Below, piece by piece: positions 25,701-40,000 of a stretch of DNA of 64,000 nt. The stretch is from Paraspadella gotoi (Eukaryota; Animalia; Chaetognatha). The notes under the pieces were generated by a model. That model saw only the letters and a program-made list of their open reading frames with translations. It did not search any database and was not told the origin of the DNA. The translations under genes were made by a program, and so were the position numbers. The stretch is taken from NCBI GenBank assembly GCA_051294375.1, contig CM119264.1:28185225-28249224 (forward strand). The letters are read 5' to 3'. Within the stretch, counting starts at the first letter, position 1. Every line of letters begins with the position of its first letter.

Positions 25701-28700
25701 CTCTCCTCCTCACTCTCATCCTCCCTCTTCTCTAAGAGGAGAGTTAAGAGGAGGAGTAGCGTAGGGAGCAGGGTTGTCTCTGAAAAAAACGGAGTGTATT
25801 TACAAGTAAATGAGGAGCATGAATTCATAAAATCATGAAAATCAATAAATTTTATTGGTAAGGTTTCGTGTAGTCGAATCATAGTCGAAAATAGCGCTTC
25901 ACTATAAGTGTCTTCCTCCCCTCCTCCCTTTTCTGCTCCTATCCTCCTCTTTCCTCCTCCCTCTCCTCCCCCCTCTCCTCCTCTCCTCCTCCTCCTCCCT
26001 CTCCTCCCCTTCCTCCTCCTCTCCTCCTTCCCCCCTTCTCTCCCCCTCCACCACCCACCCCCCTTTCCTCCCCCACCTCCCCTTCCTCTCACCGTGGCGT
26101 TCCTTCCGCACACCAGATGCTCCCACGGTTGCAGCAAACCCCAAACGTCGGGCGTGTTGGCGATCCCCATCTCCAGCGTCTCCATGGTGAGCGGCTCCCG
26201 CTCTCCGCCTCTGCCGCGCGCCGTGCGCCGTCCGACGGCGAGGATGACGACGTCTTCGAGGAAGATTCTCCGCCGCGGCGGCGACGAAGATGGCGGCGTC
26301 GACGCTGACGCGTTGGGCGACGCGGGCGTCGAGGAGCCAGCGGTGGAATCGGCCCACGGGAAACTGTTGGTTGGTGGGGATTATGTTTTGGAGGGAGGGG
26401 CGAGAGGGGAGAGGGAGAGGGAGAAGGGGAGGGGTGAGAGGGAGAAGGGAGGATGAGAGGGAGAACAGGGAGGGTGAGTGGAGAAGGGAAAGGGGTGAAA
26501 GGGAAAGGGAAAGGAGAGGGGAGGGGTTGAGAAGGAGAGGGTGGAGGGTGAGAGGAGTAAAGAGGAGGCGTGAGGGAGGAAAGAAGGGGAGGGGGAGACT
26601 GGGAGAAGGGAAGGGTGAGAGGAGAGAAGGGAGGGGTGAGAGCGAAGAAGAAGGGAAGGGGTGAGAGGGAGTAAGGTTAGGGGTGAGAGGGAGAAGGGGA
26701 GGGTGAGAGGAGAAGGGAGGGGAGAGGAGAAAGGAGAAGGGTGGGCAAGAAATGAGGAGAGAAGAGGATAAGAAAGTTGAAAAATTCATAATTACCCAAA
26801 CCCCTCCCCCAAAAAACGCGTACACACGCTACCAACTCAATATTAAATAAATTCAGAATAAAATGTTACGCCTCCTCCTACTGATAAAAAAGAGCAGTAC
26901 TCAACAAAAAAATGAATGGCAACTGGGATCGCAACCCACGCCCCCGAAGAGACTGCGTGCTTAAACCAGCGCCTTAGAGGAAGAGGGAGGAGGAGGGGAG
27001 GAAAGACAGAGAGAAAGTAAAAAAAGAGGGAAAGATTAAAAAATTAATTAATACTGTTAGGTATAAAAAAAATTTTCTCAATTTAATTTATCCTTAAGTT
27101 ACTCTGCTACATTTATAAACCCACAATATTCATCAATAAAACCAATTTGTTAAATGTCCCGAATCCCTTTTTTCTTCCGCGCAGGGAAATTTGACTCTGC
27201 CCAACGGATCCGTGGAAAGTCTTCAATCATTGTTTTTGGAAGTCGCCGCCAGAGAACGACAGGAGTCGTTTTGCGAAGTCAACAAAAGAACATCCGTCGT
27301 GGAACCTCCTCAACCGCCTCAGCAACAACAAAAACAACTGCAACAACAATTACCCCAACAACCTCCCCCACCGCCGCCGCCACAACAACAACAACAGAAA
27401 ATGAGCAAGGCGGAGGAAAAGATGTCAAAACAAAAGGAAAAAGAATTGAGAAAAAGTCAAAGGAAAAATAAAGGAAAAAAACCGGAGATTTCTTCTCCTC
27501 TACAACAGACGGGTAAAGTCGTTAACACGAATACACTATTAGGCCACATTAACAATAATAAACAATAAACACATCTTGACAATTTAACCCATATTTCAAG
27601 GTGTCGATTTTCATGCCAATTAACTTAGCTTCTCTGTCTCCGAAGGCATACGAGTTCATTACTCTCCAGAATATCAAATAACCATGTATAGTATTGTATA
27701 CATACTCTAACCTATCTGGACTCTCGGCTTTGGACATTTAGGCTACCATCCCCGTTACAGGATAATAACAAACTCCCGTTCTTGGAGTTAAATTCCTTCA
27801 TTTATTCTTTCAAGTTGGAAAAAGCGCCATTCCCTTAAGTATCAGACAATTACACAATTACATTACATTCCCATTATTGTACATTCTTCCTTTCTCTTTC
27901 ATCAGACACAGTGCGCGCCGCCATCTCCGCACTCTCTTCGCCTCAATCTCGATCCAGCGTCGCGGCGTCGACTTCCGGTTTCGAAGTCGGCGTCGCCACC
28001 ACAACCAGCGCCTCTAGCGGCGGCGAAAGAAGTTCCAACGCCGGAAGTCTGACGTCGGATCACGTGGAACAAGGGCTGCTCGCGACGTGCATCGGAAGCG
28101 TGGAGGAGCTGAAGGAGTTGGTGAGAAAGGAAGAGACGGAGTGATTGACAGAGACAGAGAGAGACTGAGAATGAGAGTCGAATATATTTACTCTGACAGA
28201 TCGAGGGACAGACAAAGACAGACGGACAAAGAGATAGACTCACCGAATGATAGACAGACAAAGAGAGTCAAAGAGAGACGGATAAATGGATTTAAATGGT
28301 CAGACATATAAACAGATAAAAAGAAAGGACGGAAATGTAGGAGTTTTTGGGACTAATAAACAACCGGTCAAAAAGAGAGACAGATAGACGACCAAAACAG
28401 ACTGTCATCCGAATAAGCGATTGATAATCACAAATAACTAATAAGAAAGACATAGAAGTAAGAACAATAAAATAATTAACCCTTATTCCCCCATTTTTTC
28501 TCTTCTCTCTCTCTCATCTTTCAGGTCTACGTGGCCATGCATTTTCGATTCGCGCCCACACCCTCTCCGGCACAATCCCCACATCCCCACAATCCCCACA
28601 ACCCCACCCACACCCCTTCCTCCTCTTGCCACGTATCTACCCTTCCCCTTCCGCCATCTACCGCCACGCCCCGCGTCTCGGCGTCGGGCGGCGTCGTCGT

Positions 28701-29670
28701 CTTCGTGTCGACCGCGGTCTGGTCGAAATCGGCGCTCAATTGTCTCTTTTATTTCATGAAGTTCGCAGTTGGAAACACGTCGCGCCGGAAGAGGCCGAGA
28801 ACCACGTGCACATCAATTACGACAGGTTCGGTGGGGACTCGTGGTAGGAATTTGAAAATTTATTTGAGGTCGACAAAGACAAAGAACAAGAACCAATTAA
28901 CCTTGAATCTTTTAAATGAAATTGCAAATTACTTGTTCACTATTTTTCTATTTTTGATATTTTATGAAGGATAGTATTAATCTATTTAATTCAAATATAT
29001 ATTGCTTTCTTTCTTAAAAAATTTTATTATCTAATAATTCAATTGGGAAGGGAAGTCAGTTGTCTTCTGGAAAATAGAGGGAGCATTCTATACAAAACAA
29101 GGTTAGATTACTATCTTCTGGTCCTAGTTTTTCTAATAATATTCACCACATTTCTGTTAGAAGTCATAATGAAAATAATAATATCTAAGAGGCTGAACAG
29201 AAAGGGTGGGAATGGATAATTTTTGAGGGTGACCAAAGTTATATTATGTTTTTTTACCAATAGATAAGACACATGTAGAATTGTATGTTCTGATAGGATA
29301 CATACCGGGAAAGGTCTATTAGGGGCACCTTATGTTCATGAATATTATTTAAAGTTATATTTTTTTCTTTATTCTACTTTTTTAATTGTTTCTTTTTGAA
29401 TATTTTTTATCTTTATTTTCATACATGGGAAGGTCGATCAGTGCGAAACTATACCCTTCATGGATTTCGCTCTTAATCCCAAATGTTATTCTGTTCTTTT
29501 TCTGCGACAAATAAAAAGTAAATAAACTTCCCACGTCAGCGTTTTTAAAATTTCCTAAATCTATTCTAAAAAAAATAAACATTTATAAATTAAATAATTA
29601 AAATAAGGACAATGAAATAAATACAAAAATAAATTAACAATTTCTTTAAAAATTGTTCTAAAAAAGTTAA

Positions 29671-29714
<44 letters not shown>

Positions 29715-32700
29715 AATAATAAATAAATAAATAATAAATAAATAAATAAATCAATCAATCAAACAAACCAATTCATCCCCCCACCCTCAAAAACAGACCT
29801 ACATCGTCCTTCCTCCTCTCTTCGCTTGGGTCCGAGTGTCCGCCTCGCACGCACGAACATCGCAACGCCCGCTCCGTCGACGCCGACGACGTCCGTCAGG
29901 CGGCGCGCGTCCTTCTGCCCGACAGCGATTGCCCGCCACGCCCGCTGACCGCCACGTCGTCGGTCGACGAGAGCGAAGAGCGTCGGAGGTCGACCGGCGA
30001 CTTTGACGCAGGTTTGGAGTGAAGAGAGAGCAGCGCCTCTCGCTCTCTCGCTCGCTTTTTCGCTCATTTTTATTTCTTTCGTAACCTTCATGTTTTTTCT
30101 TCTCTTCTCTTCTATCCGTTTATTATCTTTTACTGCTTTTATTTTTTATTTTGTCTTCTTTTCGGTTTTCGCCTCTTTTTTTATTTTCTTTTTTTTTTCT
30201 TTTTTCTCTTTTTTTTCTTTTTTTTCTTTTTTTTCTTTTTTTTTCTTTTTTTTCTTTTTTTTATCTTTCTTTCTTTTATCTTTATTTTCTTTTTTATTTT
30301 TTTTCTTTTTATCTTTCTTCTTTCGAACTTTCTTTTCCTCTTTTAATTTCTTTTTTCTTTTTATCTTTCTTTTCTTTTTATCTTTCTTTTTATCTTTTCA
30401 TCTTTCTTTTCTCTGTCAATGCATCACTTGCTTCATGTGAATATTTTGTGCATCTATCGACTTGTCCATCAATTTTTTCTATGTACAGCTATTTTTATCT
30501 ATCTGTATCCACTTATCCATCTTTAGCGATTCCAAACCGAGATGGCGTTCCGCATGTTGACATCGGGTCGCCTCGATCTCTTGACCTCCGCGGCGACGCT
30601 CCTCGGACCCAACGGACTCAACGCCGTCAACGAGACGGGGATGAACGCCGTTTGATGGTGGCGGCGTGGCGGGGGAGGCGGACATGGCGGCGGCGTTGAT
30701 AGAAGCCGGTGAGAGTCTTGTAGTGTGGCCGAGTGGTCTAAGGCGCTGGTTTAAGGCACCAGTCTCTTCTAGGAGCGTGGGTTCGAATCCCACCACTGCC
30801 ATATTTTATTCTTCTTATTTTAACCTTTATCAGTAAGTGGAAGGAAGAAATAGATTTTAAGTCAAGTTTATAGCACAGGTAGTGTGGCGCGAGTGGTCTA
30901 AGGCGCTGAGGTTTAAGGCACCAGTCTCTCTGGAGGCTGTGGGTTCCAATCCACCACTGCTATTATTTAATTGGAATATTTTAATTTTCATCAGTGAAGT
31001 GAGAGGAAGGAAAAATAGTTTTAGTGTCATAGTACTCTCTGTAACATAGGTAGTTGTGCCGAGCGGTCTAAGGCCTGGGTTTAAGGCACCAGTCCTCCTT
31101 GGAGGAGTGGTGTTCAAATCCCACCACTGCCATTTTTATTCTTATTATATTTTAACCAACTTGTTCAGTATGTGGAAGGAAGAAAAAGATTTAAGTCATA
31201 GTAATCATATTTTAGCACAGTAGTGTGGCCGAGTGGTGTCTTAAGGCGCTGTTTTAACGGCATCCAGTCTATGTTCTGAGGACGCGTGTGTTCGAAATAC
31301 CCACCCCTGTCCATATGATACTTCCTGAAAGTATATGTAATTTTTAATCAGAAGTACGAGAGATAGAAAAAAAGTTTAGCTACATATAGGTACTTCATGT
31401 AAGCACAGGTAGTGTGGCCGAGCGGCTCTAAGGCGTGGTTAAGCACCAGTCGTCTCTGCGTGTCGTGGCGTTCAAATTCCACCACTGCCATTTTTTCTTA
31501 TTATTTTAAACCCTTTTCTCAGTAGAGTGGCGCAGCGAAAGAAAAAGATTTAAGTTAGGTTCATTAGCCACATTGTTAGTGTGGCCGAGGTGGTCTAATG
31601 TGCTGCGTTTAGGCACCAGTCTTTCTGGAGCGTGTTGTTCAAATTCCCACTGGCCGAGTTATTAATTGGCAGACTTAGTTTTTTTTTAGATGTTTCTTCA
31701 TAGAAGTGAAGAGGAAGAGAATAGTTTAGTTCAGAGATCTCTCTGTAACACAGGTAGTCGTGGCCGAGTCGGTCTAAGGCTGCTTGGTTTAAGGCACCAG
31801 TCTTTCTAGGAGGCACGGCTGTAGAGTTTCAATCCCATCCACTGCCTTGTTATCTCTTATTATTTTAAACTTTAAAAGAAGTGGGGTCAAAGAATAAATA
31901 TTTTTATGTGTCAGGTTTTGTGTAACATAAGTAGTGGTGTGGTTCGAATACCCACCACCTGTCTATTATTTATCATTCTGATTATTTTAATTTTTCTATC
32001 AGTATAAGTGGAGTGAGGAAAAAAAGTTTTAGTTCAAGCTTTTGTAACACAGAGTAGGTGTTGGCCCGCACGAGTTGGTCTAAGGCCGCTGGTTTTGCCA
32101 CCAGTCTCTCTGGAGGCGTGGGTGTCAAATCCCACCACTGGCCCATTGTTATTCTTATTGTTATATAACTGTCTAAAAGAACCCAGTTGGATTAGAGTGA
32201 AAACAAGTTTTTAAGTTCAGAATTTGTAACACAGGTTGTGTGGGCCGCCAGTCGGTCTAAAGCGCTGAGTTTAACGGCTACCAATCTCCGTGGAGTCGTT
32301 GGTTTATTATTATCTATTATCTATTATGCATTCTGATTATATTTAACCTTTATCAGTAAGCGGGAAAGAAGAAATAATTTAGGTTCATATAGATTATCAC
32401 ACGGCATCTAGTTGGCCGAGTGGTCTAAGGCGTGTTTTAGGCTCACCAGTCTCTCTGTAGTCGTGGGTTTCGAATCCCAACCCGCATTATTGTGTTATTT
32501 TTTGAACCCTTGGAAGGAAAAAAATGATTATAGGTGCTCTCGTTTAGTTAGAAAAATATCTTTAGATTCTTTATTATAACTCAGGACTGTGTGGTCGATG
32601 GTCCGCAAGCGGCCCTTGCTTTAAGGCTCCATGTTCTCTCTAAGAGGCTCGTGGGATACGAATCCCTACCAACTATCCTATCGTCTTTTCTGGATTGTTT

Positions 32701-35700
32701 TTAATCATATTCAGTAAGCTGGGAGCAAGAAAAAAAATTAGTGTCATCCTTACTGTCCCAGGAATGTGGCCCCGAGAAGTTTAAGATCCTATGGTTTTAA
32801 GTACCATTACTTCCTAAGGAGGTGAATTTCGTTTATCCCACGCTCAGCATGTTTTTGTGATTTTTTTTTGACACATTATCATTAGGGAAGGCATATTTTA
32901 AGTATAAAATATTTAAAGTGTTGTTATCACCACTCTGTGTGAGGGGCGTAGTTTTTTCTTTTTTTCTAATCTGCAGAGGTGCACGATTTTGACTTCGCGG
33001 GGTAGCCATCGACATTCCAACATTCCTTCCCTGCATCCGGCGCCGATGGACGGCGTGCATTTTCGCTACAGGCATTCGTGATCACCTTCATGTCGCTCCA
33101 GTGTGCATTCTTTCTTCCCCGATGAAAGTGAATTGGCATGCGTTAAATTGTTATGCAATAGATTTTGCGCAAGAAGGAATAAATTACGCGATCTTAATAT
33201 GGCTTAATAATTATCTAGCTATTCAATAGAAGTATCTAAAACACTCGACACGGTAAACAGAAATAGGGTAATCACACTTCATATATGTACTAAATTGTAA
33301 AATGTAACACTAAAGAATAACAATGAAATAGAGATAAAGAATAAATAGAAGTCAAAAACATTAAACAAAAGCATGCTATCCCCCTCTTCAGCTCCTCCTC
33401 GACCGAGGTGGTCGAACGTCGAAGCTTCCCCCATTGCCTCACGTCCCTCTTCCTTGCCTTGGCGGACCTCCATCGCGTCAACTTCGCTCGGCGAGATTCC
33501 GGCGCCGAACTCGCGTCCGCCGAGACGGCCGACGCGTGAGCGCCTCCGTTCTGGCAGGTCCTGCCGTACAACGCCGGCGCGGCCGATTCTGTGATGCATA
33601 CAATGACACCAGGTGGCGGCGTTTATGCCTGAAAGGGGAATCCGTTCTTGGCGTTTGAGGTGAAGGACAGAGGAGAGACGAAAGGAGAGAAAGGGAAGGG
33701 CGGTGAAAGAAACGTAGTTGTCGATAGTCTATGATATTTATCTTATCTCTACATATCTATCAAACAACTTGAAAGTCACCATTTAAAACATGTAAGAAAG
33801 AGAGAAAAGCAACCAGAGAGACAAGAAAGAAGACAAAGGAAAACAAGAAGAAACCAAGAGCCACTGTCATACTCTTTCTCATCAACAACTCCTTTGCTCG
33901 GTCCTGGCTAGCGTGTCCGTTAGTGGTCTAAGGCGCTGGTTTTAGTACAGCCAGTCCTGAGCGTTGTGAAGCGGGCTTCGAATCCCACCGCTGCCAATCG
34001 AGTAATTTTTCCTACTTTAATAACAATTAATACAAAATATATATAGGACGATTTCTTTAAAGACATCTTATAAACATCAAGGCGCTAACTCATCATCCCC
34101 TCTCTCCTCTCTTCTTCTCCAGGACTCGGACGCCTCCCCCTCCTCTCCTCCTCCTCCCTCGGATTGGTGGCCCATCCTCGGCATCCTATACGCCATACAC
34201 CGCCGCCGCCGCCCACGGCAAGAGGCGCGAACATCCTCCTACTTTCTCGTCACAACGCGAGAAGAAGGGAAGAGAAAAGTCGGCCAACGATCTTCCTCTC
34301 TTTGAGGAAGGCATGTTGGCGGAGGCCGAGTTGGAGAGAGAGGAGGCAAGAGACTGAAATGAGACGAGAGAGAGAGGAAGAAGAGAGAGAGAGGCTAGTA
34401 GAGAGAGAGAGAAAAATGATGTGGAGAGAAGAGAGAGAGAGATAGAGAATGAACGAGAGAGAGAGAGAAAGTGACATCAGGAGATGACGAGAATGAGAGA
34501 TGAGAGAAAGCTCAAAGCGTGAAAAGAGAGAGGAATTGGAAAAAGAGTTCCAATATGTATGGACTCGGTGAGTTAATATAGAATGCAGCTCCACGCGAGA
34601 AGTTATTAGATGATTAATAACTAAATAATGAGTTGATTTTGTGGCGCATGTGCTTCAAATTCGCCTCAGCATAGCTTGGTGGATAGCTCACTTATGTCCT
34701 CAGTCTCGTGTTTCTGAGCCACCGTGAGTCTTCTCGGCTCAATTACCCTCACGTCACGCGTCTGTAGTCAATATTGTGGACAAATTCTCAAAACAACTCC
34801 ATAATTTATAACATACCAATTGAGACGCATGCGTTTAGTATGTATTTTATTTGAATCGTGTTTGTATTTGGTTATGAGGCTATTGTTCCTCTGTTCAGCT
34901 CTAAGTCCTATATAGCATTTTTTATAGGCCAAAACAGTATCTCAACGGCCTCTTTGTTTCCAAAACCAAGGTTTATTCCGAATTCTCTTTCTCCGAAAGA
35001 GGAAAGCAGACGCTCACCCCGTGGTTGGTAGAGAGCCGCGTTCGAGTTTTTCGAGCTTTACAACATAAGGGCTTATACTGAACTCGAATGTTCCTTTTGC
35101 AAATCCATCGACATAAACACTTGGACTACTCGCAATTCGATTGAAGGGTAAGATAATATTTTATAATTAATCATTTTAAAATATTCGGGTTCATTAAGTG
35201 ATTTAAAGGAGTACAACAAAACAACCTTTACACGTGTTCATATCTGTCTATTCTTTTCGATCAGGAGGCACGAAATTCGTCTCAAGCTTCGATCGCAGTT
35301 TCTACTCCGACGAAATGGACGACGTTCGGTTTCAACAAACACACCTAATCCACCCCCTAACACCTCCAATACATCCAAGAAGCCCTCATAAGAGGTAATC
35401 GAGTTGAAGAATTTTTGGGTCCTTATATTTTCTCTCGAAAGTGCCCATTAAGCTTTTAAAATTCAGAATTTTCATACCAATTGTAATTTTCTTTAAAACA
35501 TAATTCCACTTTAATTGATTAGGGAACCATCTTAGATAATAGTGAACGTGAATAAACGAGATTTCAGAGGAGTCTTGATTGTAAAGCTTGCTGACCTGAC
35601 CTGACCTGCTAATTCCTTAGTCTCTGTAAGAGTGATTGGAGACCTTAAACACAAAAGGCTGTCAAATCAGGGGCAGATAAACTTATTTTAGTTAATACCT

Positions 35701-36779
35701 TTAATTTAATAAATTAGAAATAAATATTTGGTTAGTGGTTAAAGATTTAAGCTGAAAATTTAGTCAAATATGTTTGGTTAAAAGATTATGGGTTAAATGT
35801 AGTGTTTAGACCAAAAAGCCCTGAATTGGATATATATCCAATATTTATGTTTATCTAAAGGTTAACTAACTATAAGTTTAATCTTATCTTTTTTCCCTTT
35901 CCCCTTCATCCAATGGAAAACAAGAGCATGCACACGGTTGATGACTTTCGAGGAGATTCCTCAATGAGGCGTCGACGACTCCAGAGGCGGATCCCCAGAC
36001 TCGTGCCGTCGACGGCCTCCCACGGCCTACACTCGACGCTCCGCCGACCGACCTTCCACGACCTCCGATACAGACAACGCCGCCGTACTGATCCACCTTC
36101 TATATTTCTATCTTCGGTTCCGTACGGGCGAGTGATACGGCCTTCTGATACCGCCTCGCACGGACACCCGGTATACCGCAAGGGGCGAGTAACATTTCGC
36201 TGTTACGTGAGACTCGCTGAGATCACAGCGCAGCGGTATGAATCGCGTGCTGACCGAGGCCATGTCATCCACGCAGCAGAGAACGGACCACGTACGTAAT
36301 ATCATACGGTGGAGTTTGAGGAATATGGGTAACGGTTTTTGATTGATTGATTTGATTAGCCACATTGACTTTGATTTGCATTTGAGTTTGATTTGATTGA
36401 ATGATTGATTTGATTGATTGATTTGATTTGATGATTGATATAAACTCATCGTTTTCAGAGCGTTCTTGAGTAGCACTTCACTCTTGGACCTCGACCTCTC
36501 GTCCGACCTTATCGAAACTGACTGACAGAGAGCGGAGACTCGGTCCACTCTTCTGATTATTCTCTCGGATTTATGTCTGTTCTGTTGCGATGGAGGGTAC
36601 GGTGCTCTCTCTCTCTCTCTCTCCTCCCATCCCACCCTTCTCTATCAAATAACCCCTCTCTACTACGCGAACTCTCTCTCTGCCTCTCACTTCTCTCTTT
36701 CTCTCTCTACTCTCTCTCTCTCTCTCTCTTTCTCCATCTCTCGTCGTCTTTCTCTTCTCTCTCTCTCTCTTCTCTCTCT

Positions 36780-36825
<46 letters not shown>

Positions 36826-36872
36826 CTTCTCTCTCTCTCTCGCCCTCCCACCCCCTCTAATCTAATGAACCC

Positions 36873-36904
<32 letters not shown>

Positions 36905-36962
36905 GCTCTGCTCTCTTCTCTCTCTCTCTCTCTCTCCCACCCCTCTATCAATAACCCCTCTC

Positions 36963-37003
<41 letters not shown>

Positions 37004-40000
37004 GCTCTCCTTTCTTCTTCTCTCTCTCCCTCAGCCTTCCTCGTCTTCAATCGGGACGACTTCTCAACCCGGAATTCGCCCAAGATCTCTTCCTCTTCTC
37101 TTCGACATTAATTTCGTCAGTCGAAGAACAACGAGCCTTTGACGAGGAAGTTTGGCGGCTCTTTCAGAGATTGCTTCCCGGCGACGAGCCATCGAGGAGA
37201 TCCCGTGGGGATACACTGCCCTGACCGGCTTAAGGATCGGTGGAGATCGGTGAGGGCTGAATTTTGCGGGGAATGAAAAAAAAAAGTGGTTCATGTTTTA
37301 GCGGTTTTACATATTTCCGTTTTGGCCTTATTTCCCAAAAGCGCCTCCATTTTCAAACTAATTTTGCCATTAGTGTTAATTTTTTTTAAATAAAAATACG
37401 TTGGGAAGAAAGGTTAGGGATTAGATTAGGATTTTTCTAAGTTGATTAAAGTTAGGGATTTAATTTAGCGATTAGGGTTAGATTAAGGTTAGAATTGGGG
37501 GATTAAGGGTTAGCATTTAGTTAGGGATTAGGATTACTGGGGGATTAGGGAGGTCTCACCCACAATTTTGTCAAATTATGTTTTAGCGTTAAATTATTGA
37601 TTGTGTCCTCGCTTTCGTGGTTTCGTTGCGTTAGGAATTTTATCCTCTGAGGAGAAGAAAATTGTATTTTGTTAAACAATGGATTTTGATAGAAAGATTA
37701 ATTTCCACTTCTGAAGTCTGCATCAGCAGCGACATAAAATGATTCACAGAGTTTATCATGGAAAGAGGGGAGAGAGAAAGGAGAGCGCGAGAAAGAGCAG
37801 TTAAAAGAGAGAGACAGCCGGGAGAGAGAGAGGAGAGAAGAGAGAGAGAGCGATGAACTAAGATTAAACGGTCCAACAAAGATGATCGATGCATAGGAAT
37901 TGAAGACTTTCTAAACAAGTCAAACATGTACGCGTTGAGTTTAGTGATAAGCTACTAATCAATCCAGCCACAAAATTCATAGGAGCTTTCTTCATCATTA
38001 ACATTTTATAACAAATACAACATTACGAATATACCAACTCATGCGTTTCTATCTCATTCCTAACACAGAATAATCTTTCATACATCGATTTCCCAATATC
38101 CAATTTAATAATAAATCTTCTAATTAATTGATCAATGCTCGTGGCACTTTGACCGCTTCTTGTAACACGCCGTAGGATAAATTTTTTTTTTCTTCGAAAC
38201 TAATACGCAATAGAATAGCGCCCTATGAAAAGATGAATCGACAAGACGTGTCCTGTGCAATGGGTGNNNNNNNNNNNNNNNNNNNNNNNNNAGGCGGCGC
38301 GCGTCCTTCTGCCCGACAGCGATTGCCCGCCACGCCCGCTGACCGCCACGTCGTCGGTCGACGAGAGCGAAGGAGCGTCGGAGGTCGACGCGGCGACTTT
38401 GACGCAGGTTGGAGTGAAGAGAGAGCAGCGCCCTCTCGCTCTCTCGCTCGCTTTTTCGCTCATTTTTATTTCTTTCGTAACCCTTCATGTTTTTTTCTTC
38501 TCTTCTCTTTCTATCCGTTTATTTTATACTATTTACTAGCTTTTTCTTATCTTTTATATTTGTCTTCTATTTCGGTTTCGCCTCTTTATTTTTTTATTTT
38601 TTCACTTTTATTATTTTTATTTTTCTTTTTTTTTCAAAATCTTTTTTTTCTCTTTTATTATTTCTTTTGTTTTTTCATTTTTTTTCTTTTTATTAATGCT
38701 TTCTTTTTAAATTCTTTCTTTTCTTTTTTATCCTAAATTTTTTCTTTTTATATTTTTTTTTTCTTTTATCTTTCTTATTCTTTCGAACTTTCTTTTCCTT
38801 TTATTTTTCTTTTCTTTTTATCTTTCTTTTCTTTTCATCTTTCTTTTCTCTGTCAATGCATCACTTGCTTCATGTGAATATTTTTGTGCATCTATCGACT
38901 TGTCCATCAATTTTTTCTATGTACAGCTATTTTTATCTATCTGTATCCACTTATCCATCTTTAGCGATTCCAAACCGAGATGGCGTTCCGCATGTTGACA
39001 TCGGGTCGCCTCGATCTCTTGACCTCCGCGGCGACGCTCCTCGGACCCAACGGACTCAACGCCGTCAACGAGACGGGGATGACGCCGTTGATGGTGGCGG
39101 CGGTGGCGGGGGAGGCGGACATGGCGGCGGCGTTGATAGAAGCCGGTGAGAGTCTGGTAGTGTGGCCGAGTGGTCTAAGGCGCTGGTTTAAGGCACCAGT
39201 CTCTCTGGAGGCGTGGGTTCGAATCCCACCACTGCCATTATTATTCTTCTTATTTTAACCTTTATCAGTAAGTGGAAGGAAGAAATAGATTTTAAGTCAA
39301 GTTTTATAGCACAGGTAGTGTGGCCGAGTGGTCTAAGGCGCTGGTTTAAGGCACCAGTCTCCCTGGAGGCGTGGGTTCCAATCCCACCACTGCTATTATT
39401 AATTGGAATATTTTAATTTTCATCAGTAAGTGAGAGGAAGAAAATAGTTTTAGTTCAAGTACTCTCTGTAACATAGGTAGTGTGGCCGAGCGGTCTAAGG
39501 CGCTGGTTTAAGGCACCAGTCTCTCTGGAGGCGTGGGTTCAAATCCCACCACTGCCATTTTTATTCTTATTATTTTAACCCTTATCAGTAAGTGGAAGGA
39601 AGAAAAAGATTTTAAGTCAGATTCTATAGCACAGGTAGTGTGGCCGAGTGGTCTAAGGCGCTGGTTTAAGGCACCAGTCTTTCTGGAGGCGTGTGTTCGA
39701 ATCCCACCCCTGCCATTATTAATCTGAATATTTTAATTTTTATCAGTAAGTGAGAGGAAGAAAAAAGTTTTAGTTCAAGTACTTTCTGTAACACAGGTAG
39801 TGTGGCCGAGCGGTCTAAGGCGCTGGTTTAAGGCTTACAGGATAATAACAAACTCCCGTTCTTGGAGTTAATTCCTCAATTTATTCTTTCAAGTTGGAAA
39901 AAGCGTCATTCCTTAAGTATCAGACAATTACACAATTACATTACATTCCCATTATTGTACATTCTTCCTTTCTCTTTCATCAGACACAGTGCGCGCCGCC

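Noticed and set aside
38980-39258. ORF fusing an ankyrin repeat to VVWPSGLRRWFKAPV
   Set aside because: Read-through of the splice donor into the tRNA gene, not protein.
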